Shown in pieces: positions 11,500 to 23,463 of a stretch of 64,000 bases of DNA. The stretch covers positions 39,184,001-39,248,000 of the forward strand of contig NC_043014.1 in assembly GCF_006345805.1 (NCBI RefSeq). Reading direction: 5' to 3'. Origin of the DNA: Octopus sinensis (Eukaryota). Position 1 is the first letter of the stretch; each line of letters begins with the position of its first letter. The translations under genes and the position numbers were made by a program. The notes beneath the pieces are model-generated. The model worked only from the letters and a program-made list of their open reading frames with translations, did not search any database and was not told the DNA's origin.

Positions 11500-12640
11500 C
11501 ACCTCATAAGTCTCTGCCTATCTATTTATCTCCTCCTCACCTCTTTAGTCTCTGCCTATCTATTTTTTATCTCTCTCTCAAGTCTTAAGTCTCTATTTTT
11601 TATCTCCCCCTCATGTCTTATGTTTCTGCCTATCTATCTATTTATCTTCTCCTCACGCCTTAAGTCTCTGCCTATCTACTTTATCTCCCCCTCTCGTCTT
11701 CAATCTCATTTCGTCTTTCTATCTACCTCCCCTCACGTCTTCGCCTTTCTTTCTCTCCTTCTATTAATCCCATCTTCACTCTTTGTCTATCTATCTATTT
11801 ATCTCCCCTCACCTCTTTAGTCTCTGCCTATCTATTTTTATCTCTCTCTCTCTCTCTCTCGAGTCTTAAGTCTCTATTTTTTATCTCCCCCTCAGTTCTT
11901 AAATCTCTGCCTATCTATTTTTTATCTCCCCCTCACGTCTTAAGTCTCTACCTATCTACTTCATCTCCCCCTCTCGTCTTTCTATCTACCTCCCCTCACT
12001 TCTTCGCTCTTCGCCTTTCTTTCTCTCCTTCTATTAATCCCATCTTCACTCTTTGTCTATCTATCTATTTATCTCCCCTCACCTCTTTAGTCTCTGCCTA
12101 TCTATTTTTATCTCTCTCTCTCTCAAGTCTTAACTCTCTATTTTTTATCTCCCCCTCACTTCTTAAATCTCTGCCTATCTATTTTTTTTATCTCCCCCTC
12201 ACGTCTTAAGTCTCTGCCTATCTACTTCATCTCCCCCTCTCGTCTTCAATCTCATTTCGTCTTTCTATCTACCTCCCCTCACTTCTTCGCCTTTCTTTCT
12301 TTCTCTCCTTCTATTAATCCCATCTTCACTCTTTGTCTATCTATCTATTTATCTCCCCTCACGTCTTTAGTCTCTGCCTATCTATTTCTCTCTCTCTCTC
12401 AAGTCTTAAGTCTCTATTTTTTATCTCCCCCTCACTTCTCAAATCTCTGCCTATCTATTTTTTAACACCCCCTCACGTCTTAAGTCTCTGCCTATCTACT
12501 TCGTCTCCCCCTCTCGTCTTCAATCTCATTTCGTCTTTCTATCTACCTCCCCTCACTTCTTCGCCTTTCTTTCTCTCTCTCCTTCTATTAATCCCATCTT
12601 CACTCTCTGTCTATCTATCTATCTATCTCCCCCTCATCCC
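11500..12640. repeat. Pyrimidine-rich complex minisatellite with an approximately 275-bp higher-order unit
   Basis: The marker CTATTAATCCCATCTTCACTCT recurs at 11761, 12031, 12311 and 12585. The subunits are built of TCTCCCCCTCA and GTCTCTGCCTATCTA motifs. Confidence 0.85.
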
Positions 12641-12691
12641 ACCTCAGTTCGAACATCTGTCTACAAAATAAACTCTAAAAGACCCTAATTT

Positions 12692-12783
12692 AAATATGGC
12701 GGCCGTTGAAGAAGAGAGATCGTACGATACTGTGGCTGTTGTTGATAATAATAATAATGATGCCATGACCAACTAAGGTAAGC
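12692..12783 (+). promoter_or_regulatory. Candidate first exon/promoter: YY1 motif, 26-codon uORF and 5' splice donor
   Basis: AATATGGCGGC (12693-12703) matches the YY1 consensus AANATGGCGGC. An ORF runs from ATG 12696 to TAA 12776 (MAAVEEERSYDTVAVVDNNNNDAMTN). The donor AAG|GTAAGC has its GT at 12778-12779. The surroundings are CpG-richer than the rest of the window. Confidence 0.45.
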
Positions 12784-13890
12784 TCTGTGCTTCATTTTGT
12801 TTTGGAGGAAAACAATTTTTTTTTCCTCTTCTTCAGTCTGTCTCTCTCCAACACTCAAACTCTGCACTCCAAGAACATTTTCATTCTCTCCCAATGGTTC
12901 TACTGAATCTAGCTGCTGCTTGCTTGCTTCGCTCGCTCGCTTGCTTGATCGAAATCCTCGCGATGCGATGCCATCTGAAAAACCTGCTTGCTGTTTATTT
13001 GCCTGCCGTTTTTATGACGGAGCAGAGAACACACAGAACATATATACATATATATATACATACATATATACACACATATATATACATATACACACACGGG
13101 TGTTCTCTTTTTGACTGATTCATACTGACTCGTCTCGTCCTCCTCGAGGAGGAACGATAAGTGATTATCTTTGATTACGACTGATTAGTAGTATTTTTGT
13201 TTTTTAAAAGCAGAAGGCCCGAGCACCGACCGAGTACTGATTCGTCTCCTCTGGAAGTTAAGCAGGTGGAGAAGGAAAAAACAAAAAAAATCTTCAATTC
13301 ATCTTAACAGTGACCGTATCATTCTTTTACACATAATATATATATATATATATATACATGCAGGTATACATACGTCTATGAATCTATATACATAGACATA
13401 CGTATGTATACAGACATACATACATACATATATATATGTATATATATGAAGCCCTTTTACATCTCGTAGAAGGAAGCCGCTATGTGGTCGGTCGCTTGAT
13501 CGGATAGAAATAGCAACCATCCGATTCTTACTTAAATCTTACTCTACCGTCTTAAGAAATACATACGTACATCCATATATATACACACACATATACATAT
13601 ATATATACATACATACAGGAAAGAAAGGTATCGCATTGGCTAATTTAGTCCGAGATGAGTAACTGCAGTGTCTGGGGCAAAAGACCCAGGATGGTCAAGG
13701 CTGTTAATTACCTTTTGATATCAGAACTGAGCTGGCTGGAAGTGCGAGGTGTCGGTGGGTTAAACTACAAGTAACTTATTTGCGCTTTCGAGTCTTTTCT
13801 TCGTTTAAAGACAACTTAGAAAGAAGCCAGTTCATATTATGCGAATAGTTGATGCACAATACAAAATCTAGGAAACCAACGACGGATATA

Positions 13891-13926
<36 letters not shown>

Positions 13927-14234
13927 CATACACGTACACACAATTATGTGTATACATACATACATACACAGACATACGTAAACGAAAGTGCACTAGCATG
14001 TCGAGAATTAAAAAAAGGAAAATGTCTACATATTAATTGATATTGTCAAGTTCAGTATATATTTTTATCTCGATCTAATGGGTTCGTGCCCAGTTTCATG
14101 GGCTTTTAAAAATACAAAGTAATTAGGGTTAGGTGTAGTTAAACCCTTTTTTTAATGATCCTTACACTTTTATCTCGCAAAGGCTTTTATTGTCAAGGTG
14201 CTATTTTAAAATATTAACTGCACACACATTATAT

Positions 14235-14482
14235 ATATATGTATATATATATATATATGTACATATATATATATGTATATATATGTATATATATATTGTA
14301 TATATATATGTATATATATATATGTTATATATATATATATATGTATATATATATGATATATATATATATATATATATTATATTATATATGTATATATATA
14401 TATGTATATATATATGTATATATATATGTATATATATATATGTATATAGATATATGTATATATATATATGTATATATATATG

Positions 14483-14559
<77 letters not shown>

Positions 14560-14627
14560 TATATATATATATATATGTATATATATGTATATATATATAT
14601 ATGTATATATATATGTATATATATATG

Positions 14628-14658
<31 letters not shown>

Positions 14659-14678
14659 GTATATATATATATAATATG

Positions 14679-14729
<51 letters not shown>

Positions 14730-14762
14730 TATATTATATATGTATATATATATATATATCTG

Positions 14763-14801
<39 letters not shown>

Positions 14802-14885
14802 GATATATATATATATAATATATGTATATATATTATATATATATATATGTATATATATATAATATATATATATATATACATATAC
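14235..14885. repeat. Long interrupted (TA)n/(TATG)n microsatellite
   Basis: About 650 bp of nearly pure TA with G and C interruptions. It accounts for the spurious YI-repeat ORFs. Confidence 0.97.
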
Positions 14886-17014
14886 ACACACACATTTATT
14901 GTGTGTATTTTTAGCATTCTGATCCGAACGTTATTCATTATCATTATAAAAATTATTTATATTTTTTTGCGTTTCATCTTTTTGTACTTAATTCTTTTTA
15001 TTAATTATACATTGGGGGGATAAGGATCATAATGTAACTTGTTAGTTTATTTATTAATACTATAAATACTAGTATTTTATAATATTCTTTGTTTTAAAAG
15101 AAATGCTTAAAGAAAGAAACTAAACCCAGTTGACCTATCTTTGTTTTCGTATATGAGAGGGAGAATCTTATACAAGGTATTGCCCCATCTTAGCCCTGAT
15201 CGAGTAGACCTATAATCAGTGGCATTCCAGCCATAGCCACCCCGTCTTTTTTTGTATATCCAGGACTACATTATCCGATGCGTTCTTTTCTTGCTTGAAA
15301 CAGTATGGTACGATTTGAAGAGGGTAGTGGTGTTTGGCTGTTGTTTCTAGCAGATCGTTCGATCGACCGCGTAGAAGGCCTCCTTCTCGTCAATGGCTTT
15401 TGATATCAAATCTGTCAAAGTAGTTTTAAAACCGAGACGTGTTAGTGTTGATGATGATGAATGGAGCTGAGCAGATGGCAGTTAAGAAGGCCTGTTGGCA
15501 GTTCTCATTGAAAATAAAGACACTTCACATGGCCATTGCACTTTACTAAAACATGCTTACGTTTTTGTCTTGTATTGTTTAATATGTATATACCGTTTTT
15601 TTTTATGTGTATAAAGCTCATTATAAACTAGAAAGGAATCATTATTCTATATACACTGACTAGTCTATGTATTTGGTCCAGTTTATAAAAGTCGGAGATT
15701 TTTTTTCTTTTTATTTCACTCTAATTAGTTTATTTAATGCCTCGTGAAAAATATCCAAGTACTTTGACAAGGACATTTTTTTCTTGGGTTTAAATCTGTT
15801 TCAACGATCGTGCGTGTATACGTCTTGGCGTATATGCGTGTGTGTATATATAAAATTGCTGTATATCTCATACGATGTATGTGGCTGTGTGTATATATAT
15901 AATATACGCATATACTTTCGTGTATAACATAAACTAGCTACGAACATGAGGTGCTGGATTCGATCCGACTAGATAGCATCTTGAGCAAGTATGTATTACC
16001 ATAGGTTCTGGTCGATCCAAGCATTGTCTGTGAAATTCGTTAGACTGAAGCACTAGAATCCCATCGGATGTACTGTACTTTATAATTCTAGGAGTCAGCC
16101 TTGTAAGACACGAGGGCATACGTTATGAGTACAAGTAACTTTGAAGTACTCGTCTACATACACAAACAGTTGATCAACTCATCATCGTCGAAACCGATGT
16201 AGGATCCATTTATTTATACTTACCACGTAGCTATACACTCTATGCGGTTGTAATCATGGGTGTGCGGATGTACATGTGTGTGTATACACGCACACATACC
16301 TAGGCGCAAATTTGCTTCGGAAACCACGTGGTCGTAGGTTCAAGCCTCATACGCGGCACTTTAGGCTAGTATCGGGCCGACCAGTGTCTTGTGAATGGAA
16401 TTGGTTTGACGAAAACTGCAATGAAGCCCGTCGCATATGAAACTACACGATTTCGAAAGATATGTTTCATTGTTCTCCATTTTACAGTTTTTAAAATAAA
16501 ACCGTAGAATTTCCATGGATACTGCGCTAATGTATATGGATGTGTGTGTGTATGGGTGTATATATGCTTATATGATTGTGGAGTGGCGAGCTTGTAGAAT
16601 CGTTAACAGTCGAACAAAATGCTTAGCGGCATTTTCCCCGGCTCTCCATGTTTTGAGTTCATATCCCGCAGAGGTCAATTTTGCCGTTCATCTCCTATTG
16701 ATCGATAAAATGAAAAAGCAGTCGATGTAATCGATTTGTCCTCTCTTCCTTGTATTTGCTGGCCTTGAACTCCGCAACGGACCGGTGTCCCGTTCAGGAG
16801 TGCTGTGATCTCGGTCACCGATGGCCGGCCTTATGAGTCCCAGGGCTCAAGAAGGGGAAAAGATTATATATATGTGTTTGTAACCATTTCCGAATGTCTG
16901 TGTGTATATATATTTGAACATATATATGTGTGTTTGTATGCATATATGTATATATATGTATATCTATATATATATGTATATTGAACCGCTGAACTCTACA
17001 CATTTTTTTCATTC

Positions 17015-17160
17015 TGTTTATTTTCTCTTATTCCTCTCTGTTGAAGAGCATAGGCTCGAAATGTAAAAGACTTTTTCATTTTCCCCCTAACTTCAAACTG
17101 ATACACTTGCTTGTTGTTCATACACCTGTCTTTGTCTTTTGTCTTTCTATAAATTTCAAC
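17015..17160 (+). mobile_element. Penelope-like terminal fragment with a minimal hammerhead-like motif
   Basis: CTCT-CTGTTGA-A-GAGC-ATAG-GCTC-GAAA-TGTA-AAAG at 17034-17069. A homologous reverse-strand copy lies at about 38060-38215. Confidence 0.6.
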
Positions 17161-18188
17161 TGTATATATGTGTATATGTATATGTGCATGTATATATATA
17201 TGTGTGTGTGTGTATATATGTATATATATAAATTCCAGGCATTGCAGAGAAATCAGAAACCAAAAGACCTCGAGGTAAAGTTAACAAAGACTGATATGTT
17301 ATGAAAAACAAGGCCCCAGTATTGTTGTGGAAATAGCCTTGCTCAATATACAGGAAAGGAGTAGGCAGACACTCCAAATGTGCTACCCAGTGTCAGCTAT
17401 CAATGTGTAGCGGGCTGGATGAAAGATGTAATATCAGGTCGATATGATGTAGCATGTAGATGTAATGCTTGAAGGTTCTCGCATTGGAGTACCAGTAAAT
17501 ATCGAAGAACCAACACCAAGAAGGAAGAAATATTATTTACATATATTTATTTGTTTGCCTGCCGACTGGTAGTTTGAGATAGTGTAGAAAAAGGTTGGCT
17601 CACTGGTTAGTAGTTGGTAGTGTGTAGAAGAGTGAAAGAGTAAAGAATGCACGGTGCTGACTAGAAAGGAAGAAAGGATAAAAGTGGCATCATCTTTCTT
17701 GCGGCTGAAAGCTTCTGTTTGTACGTCAAGCTAAGGGCGAAGGGAAGCGTTGTTCTTGGTCATGGCTGACACAGAAGTGCGTGTTGCTCTTTGGTCTGTT
17801 GACACAAAAAAGAGGAAGAGATAGGATCTGTTCTCTGTTACATAGACTATGGTCAGTAATGTAGGTCAAGCCCTGAACAAAGGACTGACCTTTCCTCGAA
17901 CAACACAGGTCCTTGGGGATCAAGTGCTTCCTCATCAATCATCTGGTATGGAGAGGAATCCCACTTGTTTTGACAAGCAACAAGCAGGTAGATTTGGTTT
18001 CAGATCTCAGGCAGGGCGAAGCGAGGTCCCTACAAATACACAAAAGGTATAATAGAATCACAGACAGGCTAAGCAAGGTTTGTATGGTCGATGTATTGGG
18101 CCTATGCACAAAGGGCACATTGGGAATAGATTCTTTTGAATACCTGACTGGCTGACTAGAAGAAGCTGAAAGCTCGTGTTACCTAGAT

Positions 18189-18362
18189 CAGTGTTCTGCA
18201 ACCTTTTTTCACTTGTGGTACACTTATATTCTTCTCAAAATTCGGTAGCACACCTGAACTAAAAGTATAGGGGAAAAAATTATATTCAGGTTACACTGCG
18301 GTGCACCTAGTGTTGTCTTATGGCACACCAGTGTGTCGCTGTATACCAGTTGTAGAACACTG
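18189..18362. mobile_element. hAT-type MITE
   Basis: TIRs CAGTGTTCTGCAAC and GTTGTAGAACACTG, with a perfect 8-bp TSD ACCTAGAT (18181-18188 and 18363-18370). Confidence 0.9.
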
Positions 18363-18744
18363 ACCTAGATAACATAGATATCCTTAGACATTGTATAGTA
18401 GCCAGGTAAGAATAGATTCATAAAAGCACAATGAGCTGTTAGCTCTGCTGGCAATGAATGTCTTTTTCCCTTGGAGTGAAGGGCAGATTATTTGTTGCTT
18501 GAATTTGAACTGTGATGAAACCATGTGGTTGGGAAGCAAACTTCTCATCTTCATATATGTATTTGTACATATAGTTACAAGCATGGGTGTTTGGTTAGGA
18601 AACTTTGCTAACAAATCCTGTGGTCTTGGGTTTAGTCCCACTGCATAGTACTTCAGGCAAGCGTCTTCTACAAGTGCCCCAAGCTGACCTAAGCTTTCTG
18701 TATGAATCTGCAGAAACTGAAAAAGCATATATATATATATATAT

Positions 18745-19065
18745 GGCACCTGTGCCAGTGGCACATAAAAAACACCCACTACATTCACGGAGTGGTTGGT
18801 GTCAGGAAGGGCATCCAACTGTAGAAACACTGCCAAATCAGACTAGAGCCTGGTGCAGCCTCCATGCTAGCACGGGTTGGACGGTTTGACCGGGGTCTGG
18901 TAAGCCATGGAGGCTGCACCAGGCTCTAGTCTGATTTGGCAGTGTTTCTACAGCTGGATGCCCTTCCTAAAGTCAACCACTCCATGAGTGTAGTGGTGTT
19001 TTTTTTGTGCCAGAGAAGGCTGGCAGCGGCCACGATCGGTTGGTGCTTTTTATGTGCCACTGGCA
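18745..19065. repeat. Fold-back pair of family-E repeats
   Basis: A perfect 48-bp inverted repeat (18819-18866 and 18906-18953) with a 39-nt spacer. Imperfect pairing extends about 55 bp further out. Confidence 0.85.
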
Positions 19066-19068
19066 TAC

Positions 19069-19122
<54 letters not shown>

Positions 19123-21219
19123 TTGCATGATGGACTCGAAGAATCACACAGATGATTTGTTTATAGTAATCAAATGTTTGTGTAGACAAGCCCACTCCCT
19201 TCCTCCAGATTGACATTACCTGTACAAGTGCAATGGGTGCCAGCGTGTCAGATGTCAAAATGATCACAGAGCAACATGAAATGAAGTGCTTTGCTCAAGA
19301 ACACAACACAATACCCGGTCTGAGAATCGAACCCATGATCTTGCAATCATGAGTGCAACACCTTAGCCACTAAGCCTTGCGCCTTATATATATATACACA
19401 CATACACACACGCTCTTGTCTAGACATCATGTGATGATTATAAATGAGTATCACTATAGAAACAGTGTGAATGTTTGCCAGCCTTTCATGAAAACATGTC
19501 TGACCATGAAGAAATACTACCTTGCTTGGAAATGGGTGAGGTCTAGCAATGGGAAGGGCATCTGGCCATAGAAAATATTTCTCAAAGAATGGATGCCAAT
19601 CTGATTCATGCAATCATGGAAAAGTAAACTTTAAAGCAAAGATACATATATACATACAAATATATATACACACACACAATGCAGTCTTCTCACTTGCACT
19701 CTGTATCTGATGCCTCTTATGCCCTGTGTTTCTGTCTACCCTGTCATTCATGCACATTTGTATGTATGTATACAGAGAAGTTCATATATACTTATCTATG
19801 TGTGTGTATGCACACATATGTGGAGTATTGATGTGAAGCCTTGTTGGTAGGGTGGGCTTGCAATCATTGGGTCATGGATTTGATTTTTGTGTCCTTGAGC
19901 AGGGCATTTCACATTGCTCCAGTTTACAGGCCTAAAGTGAGAACCACCCAGGTACTTGTGTGGCCATCTCAGTCTCTGTCACTCTCTAGCTGTCACTTGA
20001 TGTTCTAGTAGGTCAGATGTGGCAGCTTCTGGCTGCATGGGTGGTTGAAGCAACTCATGAAGGTATGGTACCATCATCATCATCATCATTCAATGTCTGC
20101 CTTCCATGCTGGCATGGTTTGGACGGTTTGACAGAAGTTGGCCAACCTAAAGACTGCACCGGACTTCAGTGTCTGTTTTGGCACAGTTTTTGTGGCTAGA
20201 TGCCTTTCCTAACACAAACAAACCAGCAAAGTGGACTGTGACATTCTTAATTCTGAGTGAAAGCCATAATTTTTAATTCCCTCTCTGCATGGAACCTTGT
20301 GAAAGTGTCCCATGCTGACCAAGGCCTTGTGAGTGGATTTGGTTGGTTAAGACTCAAAGCGGGCTTGTCATGTGTGTGGGTGTGTGTTTCTTTGTCCTGA
20401 CTTTGCATAGCAGTTGTAAATGCTTATCACTGTCATACAATCCTTTGTCCTTTGTTTCCAATCCTCTACTGGAACATGTCTGACCAAGATGACGTAACTG
20501 AAAAGAAGCCCATCATATATATATATATATGTATGCATGTGTGATCCCTGTAGTGACAACAAATGATGGTTGTAAATGAACATTACCATAATATAAGTGA
20601 TGTTGTTCGTTTTCAGTCTTCCACGAAAAATATGAAATATTATCTTGCTTGGAAACAGGTGAGGATTAGTGACAGGAAAGTCATCCTGCTACAAAAAACC
20701 TGCAGCAAATTCTATCTGATCCATGAAGGTGGCACATTTTGACTTTGGGCAAGTCACTTCATTTCTTGTTGCACCAGTTTTCTTGGATGCCACTGAGTGC
20801 CATCCTAATGTTGGCGCAGTTTTTGCTCTTTCTAGCTACTTGGTCAAGTGTATGAGAGCCAATAAAATGTCTTTGTCTGCTTATGGCTACAAGGTATCAG
20901 GTTATACATGCTCATGAGTAATATATATGTATACATGCATATGTTACCATTGTTTAACATCTAGTGTTCAGTACTAGCATGTGTGTGTGTGAAGATATAT
21001 TGTCTAACATTCCTTTTTCCATACTGAGATGGGTTGGATGGTTTGACAGGTACTGATAAACCAGAAGACTGCTGAGCTCCAGTGTGTGCTTTGACATGGT
21101 TTCTACAGCTGAATGCCCTTCCTAATGCCAACCACATTACAGAGTGTACTGGGAGCTTTTTTCATGGCACTAATGAGATTACCAAGTACATTGATGTTCA
21201 CAAATGTATTTCTATCTGT

Positions 21220-21436
21220 GCTGGCAGAAACGTTTGCATGCCGGGCGAAAGGCGTAGCCGTATTTCGTCTGCCGTTACATTCTGAGTTCAAATTCCGCCG
21301 AGGTCGATTTTGCCTTTCATCCTTTCGGGGTTGATAAATTAAGTACCAGTTATGCACTGGGGTCGATATAATCGGCTTAATACTTTGTCCTTGTTTGTCC
21401 CCTCTATGTTTAGCCCCTTGTGGGTAATAAAGAAAT
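21220..21436 (+). mobile_element. SINE family B
   Basis: Family-B head GCTGGCAGAAACG...GAGTTCAAATTCCGCC through the tail TAAAGAAATA. Similar copies lie at 24223-24456, 25103-25300, 35908-36046 (partial) and 49005-49226. Confidence 0.85.
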
Positions 21437-21494
21437 ATATGTATTTATATGAATATCTATGTATGTATGTATATATATATATATATATATATAT

Positions 21495-21664
21495 AGGTGC
21501 AGGAGTGGCTGTGTGGTAAGTAGCTTGCTTACCAACCACATGGTTCCGGATTCAGTCCCACTGCATGGCACCTTGGGCAAGTATCTTGTTCTATAGCCTT
21601 GGGCCATCCAAAGCCTTGTGAGTGGATTTGGTAGACGGAAACTGAAAGAAGCCCATCGTATATG

Positions 21665-21697
<33 letters not shown>

Positions 21698-21890
21698 CTG
21701 TGCTTGTCCTCCCAACATCGCTTGACAACCGATGCTGGTGTTTTTACATCCCTGTAACGTAGCTGTTCAGCAAAAGAGACCGATAGAATAAGTACTAGGC
21801 TTACAAAAAATAAGTCCTGGGGTCGATTTGCTCAACTAAAGGCGGTACTGCAGCATGGCTGCAGTCAAATGACAGAAGCAAGTAAAAGAA
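21495..21890 (+). mobile_element. SINE family C (full length)
   Basis: A-box and B-box head, ACCTTGGGCAAGT, central microsatellite and tail. An oppositely oriented copy lies at about 22100-22490, and others at about 25700-26105 (-), 30215-30560 (+), 33740-34125 (+) and 40020-40370 (+). Confidence 0.85.
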
Positions 21891-23130
21891 TATATACATA
21901 TGTAGGTATGTATATGATGGAATCTCCTGTCAAAGATGATATATGAGTGTTTGGTTTTTGCAGAACAATCTGCACGCAATTTGTTTATAGTGATCAAATG
22001 TTTTATACATTAGCTCATTCCTTCCATGAAATCAACATTGCCTGTATTGGTGCACAGGCATGCCACATCAGATCTGTCTGTGTTTGTCTATTCTTTTCCT
22101 TGTTTCTGTCATTTGACTGCGGCCTTGCTGGAGCATTGCCTCAAAGGGTTTTAGTCGAGCAAATTGACCTCAGGATTTTTTTTTTTAAACCTAGTACTTA
22201 TTTTATCAGTTTTTTTTTTTTTTTTTTTTTTGCTGAACTGTTAGGTTATGGAGATGTAAACACACTGACATCGGTTGTCAAGCAGTGACGGAGGGACAAA
22301 CGCAGACACACACACATAGATGTATACATACATACACAACAGGCTTCTTTCAGTTTCCATCTACCAAGTCCACTCACAAGTCTTTGATTGGCCCAAAGTA
22401 GAAGACACTTGCCGAAGGTGTCACACAGTGGGACTGAACCTGGAACTATGGTTGTGAAGCAAGCTTCTTACCACAGAGCCATGCCTGTGCCTATATATAT
22501 ATATATGTGTGTGTGTTTATATATGGGTAATATATATAATATAACTGTATGGCTCAGTGATTTAATAGGCCACTTCTCAATTATGTGACCCCCAGGTTCA
22601 GTGTTACTTAGTCACCTTGGGCAAGTACCTGTAACCTTAGCTTTGGAAAAAGAGGACTTAAGTAGAATTGATAAAAGCCAGTCCCTAGATATTGAACCTC
22701 ACAAAGGTGATGACAGCAGAATGCAGCAAATAATTTAGTTTCCATGGCAGGAATTCTTCCTCTCTTACATTCTCTGTACAAGAACCAGGTCATTAGTATT
22801 TTGGTATGACTGAGTGATTAAGCAGTTACTTCCCAACCACATGGTTTCAGGTTCAGTGTCACTGCATGGCACCCTGGCCAGGTGTCTTCTACTTTAGCTC
22901 CACACTGGCCAAAGTCCTTTGAGTGGATTTGTTAGACAGAAACTGAAAGAAGTCTTTCATGTCATCAGATTGGAACCTGGTGCAGTTCTTGTGCTTACCA
23001 GCTCCTGTTAGCATGGAAAATGGACATTAAAGGATGATGATGATAATAATGATGTGTGTATATACATATACATCCTACTTAATATGAATGTACTGTAAGA
23101 ATGCCATAATTCTGTAATAATTACCTTGAG

Positions 23131-23463
23131 TGAAGGTGCATGGCTCAGTGGTTAGTGTCGAGCTTACGATCATGAGGTTGTGAGTTCGAATCCCAGACCA
23201 GGCTGTGTGTTGTGTTCTTGAGCAAGACACTTTATTTTACGTTACTCCGGTTCACTCAACTGTAGAAATGAGTTGTGACATCACAGGTGCCAAGCTGTAT
23301 CGGCCTTTGCCATTCCCTTGGATAACACTGGTGGCGTGGAGAGGGGAGGCCGGTATGCATGGGCGACTGCTGGTCTTCCATAAACAACCTTGCCCAGACT
23401 TGTACCTGGGAGGGTAACTTTCTAGGTGCAATCCCACGGCCACTCATGACAGAAGGGGGTCTC
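23131..23463 (+). mobile_element. SINE family D (full length)
   Basis: A box and B box GTTCGAATCC, with a 12-bp TSD AATTACCTTGAG at 23119-23130 and 23464-23475. Confidence 0.92.

Noticed and set aside
14190-15023. Long ORFs rich in Y/I/M/C (also 62998-63635 and many shorter ones)
   Set aside because: These are translations of TA/TG/CA microsatellites, which lack stop codons.
17726-18130. Possible Penelope-like ORF N-terminus (GFLS...RKHLIPKDL) on the minus strand
   Set aside because: Only a short, frameshifted motif resemblance, which cannot be supported without a profile search.
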